64,000 bases of DNA from the human T2T-CHM13v2.0 reference genome, Homo sapiens: assembly GCF_009914755.1 (NCBI RefSeq), contig NC_060926.1; one strand, written 5' to 3'. Below are positions 1 through 15,244 of this stretch, one piece after another. How positions within the stretch are numbered: the stretch's first letter is position 1; every line of letters starts with the position of its first letter. The position numbers were made by a program, and so were the translations under genes. The notes under the pieces were generated by a model. That model did no database searches and was not told the origin of the DNA. It saw only the letters and a program-made list of their open reading frames with translations.

Positions 1-3019
<3,019 letters not shown>

Positions 3020-3082
3020 TATGATGTTAGCTGGTTAGTTTGCCCATTAATTGATGCAGTTTCTTCATAGCATCGATGGTCT

Positions 3083-4099
3083 TTACAATTTGGTCTGTTT
3101 TTGCAGTGGCTGGTACCAGTTGTTTCTTTCCATGTTTAGTGCTTCCTTCAGGAGCTCTTGTAAGGCAGGCCTGGTGGTGACAAAATCTCTCAGCATTTGC
3201 TTGTCTATAAAGGATTTTATTTTTCCTTCACTCATGAAGCTTAGTTTGGCTGGATATGAAATTCTGGGTTGAAAGTTCTTTTCTTTAAGAATGTTGAATT
3301 TTGGCCCTCACTCTCGTCTGGCTTGTAGAGTTTCTGCCGAGAGATCCACCATTAGTCTGATCGGCTTCCCTTTGTGGGTAAGCCAACCTTTCTATCTGGC
3401 TGTCCTTAACATTTTTCCCTTCATTTCAACTTTGGTGAATCTGAAAATTATGTGTCTTGGAGTTGCTCTTCTCATGGAGTATCTCTGTGGTGTTCTCTGT
3501 ATTTCCTGAATTTGAATGTTGGCTAGGTTGGGGACATTCTCCTGGATAATATCCTGAAGTGTGTTTTCCAACTTGGTTCCATTCTCCCCATCACTTTCAG
3601 GTACACTAATCAAACATAGATTTGGTCTTTTCACATAGTCCCATATTTCTTGGAGGCTTTGTTCATTTCTTTTTCCTCTTTTTCCTCTAAACTTGTCTTC
3701 TCACCCCATTTCATTAATTTGATCTTCAATCACTGATACCCTTTCTTCCACTTGATTAAATCGGCTATTGAAGCTTGTGCATGCATCACGAAGTTCTCTT
3801 GCCATGGTTTTCAGCTCCATCAGGCCATTTCAGGTCTTCTCTACACTGTTTATTCTAGTTAGCCATTCGTCTAGTGTTTTTTCAAGGTTTTTAGCTTCCT
3901 TTTGATGGGTTTAAACATGCTCCTTTAGCTCAGAGAAGTTTGTTATTACCGACCTTCTGAAGCCTACTTCTATCAATTTGTCAAAGTCATTCTCCATCCA
4001 GCTTTGTTCCATCGCTGGCTAGGAGCTGCAATCCTTTGGAGGAGAAGAGGTGCTCTGGTTTTTAGGATTTTCAGCTTTTCTGCCCTGGTTTCTCCCCAT
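3083..4099 (-). pseudogene. Disrupted L1 ORF1 remnant
   Basis: ATG at 4099 and TAA at 3083-3085 by homology; only a fragment (3392-3634) is open. Confidence 0.85.
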
Positions 4100-4677
4100 C
4101 TTTGTGGTTTTATCTACCTTTGGTCTTTGATGCTGGTGACCTACAGATGGGGTTTTGATGTAGATGTCCTTTTTGTTGATGTTGATGCTATTCCTTTCTG
4201 TTTGTTAGTTTTCCTTCTAACAGTCAGGACCCTCAGCTGCAGATCTGTTGGAGTTTGCTGGAGGTCCACTCCAGACCCTGTTTACCTGGGTATCACCAGT
4301 GGAGGCTGCAGAACAGCAAATATTGCTGCCTGATCCTTCCTCTGCCTGAAGCTTCGTCCCAGAGGGGCACCCGCCTATATGAGGTGTCTGTCAGCCCCTA
4401 CTGGGAGGTGTCTCCCAGTTAGGCTACACAGGGGTCAGGGACCCACTTGAGGAGGCAGTCTGTCCATTCTCAGAGCTCAAACGCCGTGCTGGGAGAACCA
4501 CTGCTCTTTTCAGAGCGGTCAGACAGGGACATTTAAATCTGCAGAAGTTGTCTGCTGCCTTTTGTTCAGCTATGCCCTACTCACAGAGGTGGAGTCTACA
4601 GAGGCAGTAGGCCTTGCTGAGCTGCGGTGGGCTCCACCCAGTTTGAGCTGCTTTGTTTACCTACTCAAGCCTCAGCA

Positions 4678-5010
4678 ATGGTGGACGTCCCTCCCCGAGC
4701 CAGGCTGCCGCCTCCCAGTTTGATCTCAGACTGCTGTGCTAGCAGTGAGCAAGGTTCCATGGGTGTGGGACCTGCCAAGCCAGGCACAGGAAAGAATCTC
4801 TGGGTCTGCCAGTTGCTGAGACTGTGGGAAAAGCACAGTATTTGGGCAGAAGTGTCCCATTTTTTCAGGTGCAATCTGTCACAGCTTCCCTTGGCTAAGA
4901 AAGGGAAATCCCCAGACCTTTTGCGCTTCCTGGGTGAGGTGATGCCCCAACCTGCTTTGGCTCACCCTCTGTGGGCTGCACCCACTGTCCAACCACTCTC
5001 AATGAGATGA
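4678..5010 (+). CDS. L1 antisense ORF0 homologue, open, 110 aa (expression unknown)
   Basis: GCAATGG start; MVDVPPRARLPPPSLISDCCASSEQGSMGVGP... resembles L1 ORF0 (MAGAPPPASLPPCSLISDCCAS...). Confidence 0.6.
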   Translation: MVDVPPRARLPPPSLISDCCASSEQGSMGVGPAKPGTGKNLWVCQLLRLWEKHSIWAEVSHFFRCNLSQLPLAKKGKSPDLLRFLGEVMPQPALAHPLWAAPTVQPLSMR

Positions 5011-5117
5011 ACCAGGTACCTCAGTTGGAAATGCAGAAATAACCCGTCTTCTGTGTCAATCACGCTGGGAGCTGCAGATCGGAGCTGTTCCTATTTGGCC
5101 ATCTTGGAACAGACCTC

Positions 5118-5254
5118 AATTTTTTGTATTTTTTAGTAGAGATGGGGTTTCTCCATGTTCGTCAGGCTGGTCTCGAACTCCTGACCTCAGATGATCCACC
5201 CACCTTGGCCTCCCAAAGCACTGGCATTACAGGCATGAGCTACCTCACCCAGCC
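5118..5254 (-). mobile_element. Alu left monomer and linker, interrupted by the L1
   Basis: TTTTTGTATTTTTAGTAGAGATGGGGTTT...CCCAGCC abuts the L1 5' end. Confidence 0.9.
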
Positions 5255-5824
5255 TATTTCTTGCCTTAACTCATTAAGCCCTTGTGTCAGGCTAAAAGAC
5301 ATGGTTCTCCAAAAATATATTTACTTCCTAATTCTCAGAACCTGTGATTATTACCTCACCTGGAAAAACAGTGAATATTACCTTCTGAAGCAAGAGATGT
5401 GATGAAGGATCTTGAGAGGAGACATTTACCCTGAATTACCCAGATAAGCCCCAAATGCCCTAAATCACATGTATCCTTATAAAAGAGAGCCAGGCAGAGG
5501 TTTCACCCAGAGAGACACAGAGGAGAAAGTGATGTGAAGACAGAGAGAGAGATTTGAGTGATTCAACAAGTCAAAGACTGCCAGCAGAAGCTGAAAGAGG
5601 CAAGGAACAGAATGTCCCCTACAACATATGGAGGGACTGAGGTCCTACTGACATCTTGGTTTTAGAATTCTGGACCCCAGAAATGTGACAGAATATGTTA
5701 CCAAGTTTGTGGTAATTTGTCATGGCAGTCAGAAGAAACTAATATAAATTTTGGTATCAAGGAGTGAGGTGCTGCTATAACAAGTACCCAAAAATACAGA
5801 AGTATCATCCAAGGAATAGCCAAG

Positions 5825-6550
5825 TGATATGGTTTGGATGTTTGTCCCCTTCAAATCTCATGTTGAAATGTGACCTCCAATGTTGGAGGTGAGACTTGGT
5901 GGGAGGTACTGGATCACGGAGGCAGATCTATAATGGATGACTTAGTGCCATCCCCTTGGTGATATGTGTGTTCTCCCTCAGTTCATATAAGATTTGGTTG
6001 GTTAAAAGTGTCAGAGACCTCACCTTACTGTCTCTTGCTTGCTCTGTCATGTAACATGCCTGCTCCCACTTCGTCTTCTGCCATGGGTAAAAGCTCCCTG
6101 AGGCCTCACCAAGAGCTGAGCAGATGGCAGAGCCATGCTTCCTGTACAGCCTGCAGAACCGTGAGCCAATTAAACCTCTTTTCTTTACAAATTAGCTAGT
6201 CTCAGGTATTTCTTTCTTTCTTTCTTTCTTTTAGATGAAGTCTCACTCTGTCACCCAGGCTGGAGTACAGCAGTGCGATCTCAGCTCACTGCACACTACA
6301 ACCTCCACCTCCAGGGTTCAAGCGATTCTCCCTGCCTCAGCCTCCCAAGTAGCTGGGATTACAGGCACCCGCAACGATGCCCAGCTAATTTTTGTATTTT
6401 CAGTACAGACTGGATTTCACCATGTTGGCCAGGCTGGTCTTGAACTCCTGACCTCAAGTGATCCACCCACCCCGGCCTCCCAGAGTGCTGGGATTACAGG
6501 TGCCCAGCCAGGTGGATTTCTTTGTAGCAACACAAAAATGGCCTAATACA
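5825..6550 (+). mobile_element. MST-type (MaLR) solo LTR containing an Alu
   Basis: TGATATGGTTTGG...CTAATACA, with a 5-bp TSD CCAAG on both sides. Confidence 0.85.
6209..6509 (-). mobile_element. AluS
   Basis: Alu consensus, (TTTC)n tail, degenerate TSD AGGT..TTTCTTT. Confidence 0.92.
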
Positions 6551-6712
6551 CCAAGGAATTCGCTAATAGGTAGAGGCCGGAAGAATTCTGTGAAGCATCA
6601 TAGAAAAAGCCTAGAATGCCCTGAAGTCACTGTTGGTAGCAATATGAATATCAAGGATGCTGTTGGTGAGGGCTCAGAAGGAAGTGAGCGGCACAGTAGA
6701 GAAAGCTCCTAT

Positions 6713-6783
6713 CAAATTGCGCCATGGCATTCCCGCCTGGGTGACAGAGCAAGACTCTATTTCAGAAAAAAAGAAAGAAAGAA
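6713..6783 (+). mobile_element. 5'-truncated Alu
   Basis: Alu 3' end with a GAAA tail; TSD AGAAAGCTYCTATCA. Confidence 0.8.
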
Positions 6784-9438
6784 AGAAAGCTTCTATCAAT
6801 CATCTTTGAAAATATGTATGCTATCTTGAGCAGAATGTTGGCAAAAATATGAGCATTGTAAGTACTTCTGGTGCAGGCTTAGAAGGAAATATAGAGCACA
6901 TGATTGAGAAATGGAAGAAAATGATCCGTGTTACATAGTGGCAGTGAGCTTGGCTTAACTGTGTCCTATAGTCATGTGAAAATTAGCAGAACTTGCCAAT
7001 GATGAAATCGGATATTTAGCTGAGGAGAGTACCAAGCAAAATGTTGAAGGTGCATACTGATATCTTCTTTCTGTTCAGAGTACAAATGTGAGAGAAAATA
7101 GATACATTCAGGAAGGAACTGTTAAGCAGAATTTTCAGTAATTTGTTATGGTGGCCAAAGTAAACTGATAAAGCTCTTAAGTGAAGAGAGGAATATCTTC
7201 TCATATTATTCAGAAGTGCTAATGCATGGATCCTTAGTGTAGACTAATATTAGTTTAGACAGTCTGATATTTTAAGTTAGCATTAGATACCTGATCACTA
7301 CATGAAGATAGTGAATCAAAATGTGTTATTTTAATTCTCTGTCACTTGAACATTTAGGACATGCTCCTATCAGCTGTCAATTTTTTTTTTTTAATATTAG
7401 CCTCAAATAATAAGAATAAATTAACTTTATCTTGAGCTCAAGTTCTTAAACTCACCAATCAATGATTTGTGAGTCATTCTTTTGTTTGTTGGTGGGTTGG
7501 TTTCTTTGTGTTTTCTTTTATTTGTTTGTATTTTAAGACATGGATTCTTGGGCCCTCAGCAAACCTTGTAAATTGATTTTCTGGGGCTGAGGATTGGATA
7601 TTTATGTTTTTCTAAGGCTTTGTCAATTATTATGATAAACAACCATCTAGGAAACCATTGAAATTATGAAGCACAGCTGGATTTGTCTACCATTTCTTAA
7701 GTACCCCCTATGTGTCAGATATATATTAGATGAGTTTTACATAATGTTTATATGTAATCTTATAGGTACATGTTTAATTTCAGCTTTGTAGTTGGCAAAT
7801 TGAGGTTCAAAGAAGTAGTAAAGCTGTTCCAAATCAGTAATTAGAAAAACTGATATTTGAGCACATATCTATTTCCAAAGCCCATTCTACAAAAAAAACC
7901 AGCAGTAAAGTAAAAACATTATTTGTTCATATTTCCTTATATATCCTATCTAGGTGGATGATGTGGGTAAGTCATTTAACTTCCCAAGATTTGAAGAAGT
8001 GTATAATAATATGTATCTCAAGCAGTTGTTATGAAGACTGAATTCAATTATGTACAGAATAGCACTTTGGCAACACTAGAGTGTCATGCAAATGTGATTT
8101 GCTTTACTATCGTTTTTGCTCTTACCTATTTCTTATTTATGGAATAAGTAAAGTATAACCATGTTATTTGGCAGAAGTGCCAGCTCTCACAAAATGTCGC
8201 ATCTACTGCCAGCTGCTTCTATTCTTGTGGATCTAAGGCTTCCTCAATGGTTACTTTTGGAGCCAGACTGGATCAGTGTTCGAGTCCCAGCTCTGCCATT
8301 TACTAACTGCAGAATCATGGACTAGTCTTTCCATGATTTTGATTATTCACCAATAAAAAGGGAAAGAGATGCTGGTAATTTGAGGTCGACATTGAAATAA
8401 TATAGAATGCTTATAATATTTATGATCATCATTAATTATCACATTACTGACAGTAGCTGTGTTAGTAAGATGGCAAATACATTTTGTGAGGTTCCACTGG
8501 GCACTGCTTATGAAGAGTGGCACAGGCAGGGGGTGAAAGAATGCCAGCAGTGAGGCAGTGTATTCTGCAGGGCATGGGAAAAAACCCAGGCCAGTTGCAA
8601 CCCACCTGAATACTAACTCCCACTGTAGCCTGGATTGCATTCCTATGCCAGCAAAATGGTTTTTCAACTGTGGCTATTCTGTAGCAGAGTATCAGCAAGG
8701 AAGCCCCGGATACGGAAGCTAAAAAGAGTTTAATTATTTGGCACATATATATTATGCCATAAGTACATACACAAGCAGAATGGGAGAAAAGAATAAATCC
8801 CATGGCAGTTGGCAGACAGCCAGTTGGAAAGGCAATCATAAACCACTTGGGAACATTAAATAAGTCAGAATGCTATCTTCTAGCATATAATCTAGTAATG
8901 ATAGCAATAACTACCATTTCATAAATTCCTGTGCCAGGAACCCTGCTAGGCTTTGTATGTACATTATCACTAGGCTACAAAACTCTATTGAATAAGAACC
9001 ATTTATTACCTCATTCTGCAGATGAGGAAACTGAGGCACAGAGAAGTTAAAGAAGGCATTAATGGTTAAAGACCTGAGAAATATTGGCCATGAGATTTGA
9101 AATAGAGTCTAACTACCTGTAAACCCTGTCCTTTCCACTGCAGTGTGATGTCTGCATGGGACATTCTCATGTCTTGCATTTCTAGTCCTTTTATAACAAC
9201 CACGGTTACGGGTAATTCTTCTGCTTTTTTATTTTGCATGTACCCCTCCCCAAAAAAAGGCACATGATAAATAATAAAATCATCATTGGTATATATAAAT
9301 AGATGATAGATAGACCAGACAGATCGATGACAGATTAAGTGTGTGTGTATATGCACACCATTGCACTCTGTGACTTTTAAAACTATCTTGTGGATCTCCT
9401 TAGCACATCTCTTGTGCTCTGCTTATATTCTGGCCCAG

Positions 9439-9605
9439 ATGTGCAGAGCAGCTAGTTCACAATAACCTCCCAACCACCAGTGTCATCATGTGCTTTGTGG
9501 ATGAAGTGTGGTCCACTCTCCTGAGATCTGTTCACAGTGTCATCAATCGCTCTCCTCCACACCTCATCAAGGAGATTCTGCTGGTAGATGACTTCAGCAC
9601 CAAAG
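9439..9605 (+). CDS. GALNT5: Polypeptide N-acetylgalactosaminyltransferase 5, exon 2 (167 bp)
   Basis: CAG|...|GTAAG; [55 protein letters not shown]. Confidence 0.96.
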
Positions 9606-11171
9606 GTAAGAAAACCACTCAGGCTATCTCTTGAAATTTCAAAGTTTGGCAGAAGCAAAGTTTAGTAGCAGTTTGGATGGCAAAATTATAGGATAATTTG
9701 ATGAAGCATAAACATCGTACAAACGCTTTGTTTTACGTGGAGCCTCAGAGACATAAGTCTAAGCATCTATGGACGTTAAAAGTCATCTGGAGCTCTGTTC
9801 AGTTAGTTGTCTCAGTTGTAACTCTGCTACGATGTTGGAATGATCTAACTATGGCTCCTTGGAGATGGGCACTTAGAAGTAGTGGAGTTTAGATGTCCTC
9901 TACAATTGCACAAATCCCTTTTAATGGAATCACAATTAACGGGAGGCCTTGCCTACTGGTAATAACTAGAGTTACAGTTAGACTCTATGGAAGGCAAAGA
10001 AATTAAGATCTTATGGCTTCTTCCTTGAGAGCAAGGCATATGATGTGTTCAGTTAAGTGTTAAGAAGACAAATTGCCAATAGGACAAGAGAGATGAGGTG
10101 ATTCCAACAAAGTTCAAAACCAGAATCCACCATAGCCTTTATGTTCATTTTTGCTTATTACAGTGAAGAATCTCACTCTTTGGGTTGTCAAATAACCTGT
10201 GTATGTAGGTGGTCTGACAGCCACATTACAAATTCCCAAATGGAACCCATTTTTCAGAAAAGTTTAGAAAATAGCAAAGACTTGGCAATGCTAATGGAAC
10301 AGCTTACCCTTGAGCTGTGACCACAGCAACAAGGGAAGTTTCTTTAGCTTCAGAGTTTCTGCCATAATCACACTGAGCTCAAGAAGCTGTGGGATGACAG
10401 AGAAAAACTGGCTGAAAAACATAAAATGTGGCCTTGGAAGCATAAACAGGAATAGTACCCAATTAGTAAGTAGATAGGAGTCCCTTTATGAGGGGCAGGT
10501 CCAGATTCTGTGGGACCTGAAGCTTATTCAGTTTTCAGGGTCCTGTCTAAGAAAAACTTTCTTAGAAAGTTTTCTGGAAGCCATTCCAACCTACGATAGC
10601 TGTCAATAGCTTGATTACACACAGAAATGACTGTAAGTCACATAAACATAGCTCATAAAGCCCCCGGAAAACTGTTCCTTTAGCTGGATCCCTCCATGGC
10701 CATCTAATAAGAGAGAAAAGGTGTAATGGAAGGGGATGTCAGAGTAGAGAATGAAAGGGTCTTATTTGCACACATTGTTTAGCCTCTTCCTTGGGTCATG
10801 GAAGGGGCTTTTGCAAGAGGTGGGGCTGAGAGTAGAGGCAGAATTGTGCAGAAGCCTGAGCTACATATATTTTAAGGCAAATCTGCCCCCACCTTGACAA
10901 ATACTCAGAAAGGTGTGCCCTCCACTACATCACCTTACAACACTGAAAACAAACATTTGGGGTTTGAAAAATCAGACAGCTTTGAATACTGAAACCAGAT
11001 AGAATCCTTCCAAGAAAATGACATCAGAAAATAAAATTATGACCCAAGGAATAAAATTCAGTGATGATGGTAATGTCATAGTTTTTGGCATTTGACTTTG
11101 GGGAGCACTTCTGATACTATCCGGACTTACTTAATTCAAGTATTTCCTGGTTTATCTTTACTCTGATGTAG

Positions 11172-11291
11172 ACTATCTAAAAGATAATTTGGATAAATAC
11201 ATGTCCCAGTTTCCAAAAGTTCGGATTCTTCGCCTCAAAGAGAGACATGGCTTAATAAGGGCCAGGCTGGCAGGAGCACAGAATGCAACAG
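11172..11291 (+). CDS. GALNT5: GALNT5 exon 3 (120 bp)
   Basis: TAG|...|GTAAG; [40 protein letters not shown]; phase consistent with neighbours. Confidence 0.96.
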
Positions 11292-11597
11292 GTAAGAAGT
11301 TACTCATTTTTTTGTTTGTTACATTTTTATTTTAATTTAAAATGTTTCTCAAACATACAGCAAATGTGAAAGACCAGCACAATGATGCCTATATATGCAT
11401 CACTTAGTTCCATCAATTTTAAACAGTTTTTATAATATGTGCTTTATCATAAACACACATAGACACCTATTGTATATACTTTTTTCCTGAACCTTTGAAA
11501 AAGAAGTTACAGACATCATCATACTGCACCCCTAAGTACTTCAGTGGGCAGCTCTGAAGAACAGAAGCATTCTCTTAAATAAGCACAGCTTTCATAA

Positions 11598-11938
<341 letters not shown>

Positions 11939-12048
11939 CTCAAAATGTTTTTTTAAATTCGGGAACTAATTAAGTTTCATACTCTGCATTTGATACTTTG
12001 GTCTTCTTAGTCTGAAAAGTCAACTCCTCACACACTTTGTTTAAATAC

Positions 12049-12050
<2 letters not shown>

Positions 12051-12096
<46 letters not shown>
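12051..12096. repeat. (GT)n microsatellite
   Basis: About 23 perfect GT units. Confidence 0.97.
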
Positions 12097-12098
<2 letters not shown>

Positions 12099-13549
12099 TT
12101 TAAGTTCATGCCATTTGTTTGGTACCAGTGACCATGTTCTGAAATTTTTGATTTCCTCTTGTTACCTGCAGGATAAATGTTTTTGGAGTGAAAATATTAT
12201 ATAGAATGCTACTACATAGGTGATAGAAATGGTATACATCTCATCAAGAGGCATATAATATAACATAATATCACCAGTATTGTTGATACTAACTTTGTTA
12301 GTTAAGATGTTGACAGCTAAACCTTTACTTTGGGATTAAGAAGTAATTTGTGGAATGACACATTGATCCATGAAAATATTCTGTTTTTCTTACAATGTTT
12401 TACCCAATGGTTTTTAGTATCCATTGATCATCCTTGCTTAAATCAATTATTACACTGAGGACTGAAAATTTGCTTTTCTATAATTCATTCTTTTTTATTT
12501 AGCTGGCATTCATGTGTAAGGAGAAAATCTCTATCTCTCCCTCTCCTGCTTTCTAACTCTTCCTCCCTTTCCCCTCAATCTCCCTCTCCCCTCCCTCTCA
12601 TCCCCTCATCGATATGGATTTATGGCTCAGAAATTAAATGTGTATTATATCACCATTATTCTTGTTGGTGTTCAAATTGTCCCAAATTTGACCACTAGGA
12701 GCTTCTTCAAGCCTGTGCCCTTTTGACCTGACCCATCAATATTTCAAGATTTCGTAATGTTTTAATTCTATAATCCTCACCCCTCTCTTCTCTGACCCAT
12801 GTCTATTCTTCCTATGGTTCTTTCTGCCTTCCCCAAAGGCCATATGCCTTCTTTTCCTCTCCCCTTTTTAGTGTGCAGGTGTTGGTGAGTGAATGAGAAG
12901 TGAATCTATTTTATGAGTATTCTAAAAACAACATCAAACATTTGGGTTCATGTTCATACATTTCTATGGAAGGATCTGTGCCCTGTAATACTAGCTGATT
13001 TATATGCTAGGTGCCATTCTGAATACTTTGTGTATTAACTGATTGAATCCTCACAATAACTCTATGAGATGAGTACAATCACATCCTCATTCTACATATG
13101 AGAATATAGAGGCACAGTGAGGCTGTGCCTTATGCAAGCTCCCCCATCTAGCCAGTGGTAAATCCAAAGCTGGCACCTGAATGCCCTGACCCCAGAGTCC
13201 GTCCTCTTATCAACTACACCTTGAGGCCTCTAGACATTTAGCCACCACTCTGGCCCTGTAAGCCCTGCTTTTACAGGTCTCCACCAGCTTAAATTCAAGC
13301 ATGTTCTGATGGGAAGTTTTCTGCTTACCTGAGTTTAATTTTCTCATAACTGGACCCCATATTTGAAGCTCTTCTCATTTCATTGGTTTGCTAACAAATG
13401 TCTTCTCTTTGTAGAGGAAATTTTAAGTAAGCAACAAATACATCACACCAAAATTGGCATTGCAGTGACAGTTAAGATTCTTGATGAGAGACTGCATTCA
13501 GAAAAATTTAATGGCATTCCATGCTTAATTTCCTTTGGAAAGTAATTAT

Positions 13550-14250
13550 CTATAAATGATGTAAAAATAGGATACTCAAGAACTAGTTTAAATAGGTAAT
13601 TTTTGAGCTGAGGTCTGGGTGAAGAATATTCCCAAGCAAATGGAACAAGAAGTACAAATGTCCTAATGAAGAAATGAGCTTGGCATATTCAAGGTAAAGA
13701 AATAAGTTCATTTTGACTCATGGGTGCTGACCATGGGGAGAGTCATAAAAGATTCATTTGGGGAGAAAGAAAAAAGCAAATTTTTCTAAAGTTTTGTGCA
13801 TCACTTAAAGATTGTAGGCATTATTCTCAGTATAAGGTGAAGCCAATGAAGAATATTAAATAGGAACGAAACTGTCTGATGTACATTTTCAAAGCTCATT
13901 CTGGCCACTGTGTAGAGAATGGATATTAGGAAGATGAAAAAGGAAGTAGGGAGGCCAGTTAGGAGGCTACTATAGTTGTCCAAGTACCAGGGAGGTGCCA
14001 GGGTAAATGGGAGAAATGGTCAGCTTCATCATAGATTGTGCACATGGAACGTATAGGACTTGCCGTCAGATAAGATGTGAAGAGAGTAAGAATGACACCA
14101 ATCAGAAACAAACCCTAGGACTGGTATCTGAACAACTTGGTGGGTGGTAGGCTCAAAACTGGAGGAGCAGGTTTGGAATTGCAGTTGAGTTTTGATTTTG
14201 TCCATATAAATTTGAGATGAAAATGAGATATTCATGCACAGAAAGTAGAA
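13550..14250. mobile_element. LINE-2 fragment
   Basis: L2-like motifs (GAAGTAGGGAGGCCAGTTAGGAGGCTACT; GAGTTTGATTTTGTCCATA). Confidence 0.65.
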
Positions 14251-14950
14251 TACAGAACCAAATATGGGTTACTTATTTAAAAATTTTCTCTCTGCCTGCA
14301 CGGAGCACAGAGTATGCTAGTAACGGCCTCCAACACAGTCCAAACTATTAGACAACATGGGTGGAGTGTCTTAGAAGGGGTGTTATGAGCTTGATTAAAG
14401 CAGTTGCAACTGCTTGCTCAAGTGCTTGCAGTTAACATCCATAATGTAATTTATTTGAATTTAGCAAATCTGAATGTAAATTCAGATTCATTAACAGCCT
14501 TGAGAATATTAGCTCAGTAACTGTCAAACCATTTTGACAATGGCTTGTGTAGAAATAAATGTTTCATCACAACTCAGTACATGTGTAATCACACATATAA
14601 CTACAGTAGACATTTTATCAAATAACATGTGGAATAGATTCTAATACCTTCTTTTCTATGTTATTTATGTTTTAGATCCTAGCCAATCTCAATAAATTGA
14701 TTTAGTGATTGATTCACTAAGGGAATCTACAGCTCTCAGTTTGAAAAACCCCAGCTAGGTGTATCTTAATTGCTTGCCACTGCCTAGTAGAGTGATGCTT
14801 CCCAAACTATCTGAAAAGGAATTTTTTTCCCCTAATTTCCAATTTTTTATTGACCTACCCCTTTGTAAATTATAATCAATATTAATTACCCAAAAAGGAA
14901 AGTAGATATATAAAACACAAACCCATTTTTATTACATACAAAATACATAT

Positions 14951-15244
14951 GGCTGGGTGGTGGCTCACTCCTGTAATCCCAACACTTTGGGAGGCCAAGG
15001 CAGGCAGATCACCTGAAGTCAGGAGTTCGAGACCAGCCTGCCCAACATGGCAAAACCCTGTCTCTACTAAAAATACAAAAAAATTAGCTGGGAGTGGTGG
15101 CAGGTGCCTGTAATCCCAGCTACTCAGGAGGCTGAGGCAGAGAATCTCTTGAACCCGGGAGGCGGAGGTTGCAGTGAGCCAAGATCACACCACTGCACTC
15201 CAGCCTGGGCAACAAGAGCAAAATTCTGTCTCAAAAAAAAAAAA
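14951..15244 (+). mobile_element. AluS followed by a (TA/CA)n tract
   Basis: Full Alu dimer with A tail. Confidence 0.95.

Larger units (their letters stand above)
5283..7140 (+). mobile_element. MLT1 (MaLR) LTR (about 5283-5745) plus internal sequence, with nested insertions
   Basis: LTR end GTGGTAATTTGTCATGGCAG...AAACTAATATA followed by the MaLR internal start ATTTTGGTATCAAGGAGTG... Confidence 0.75.
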
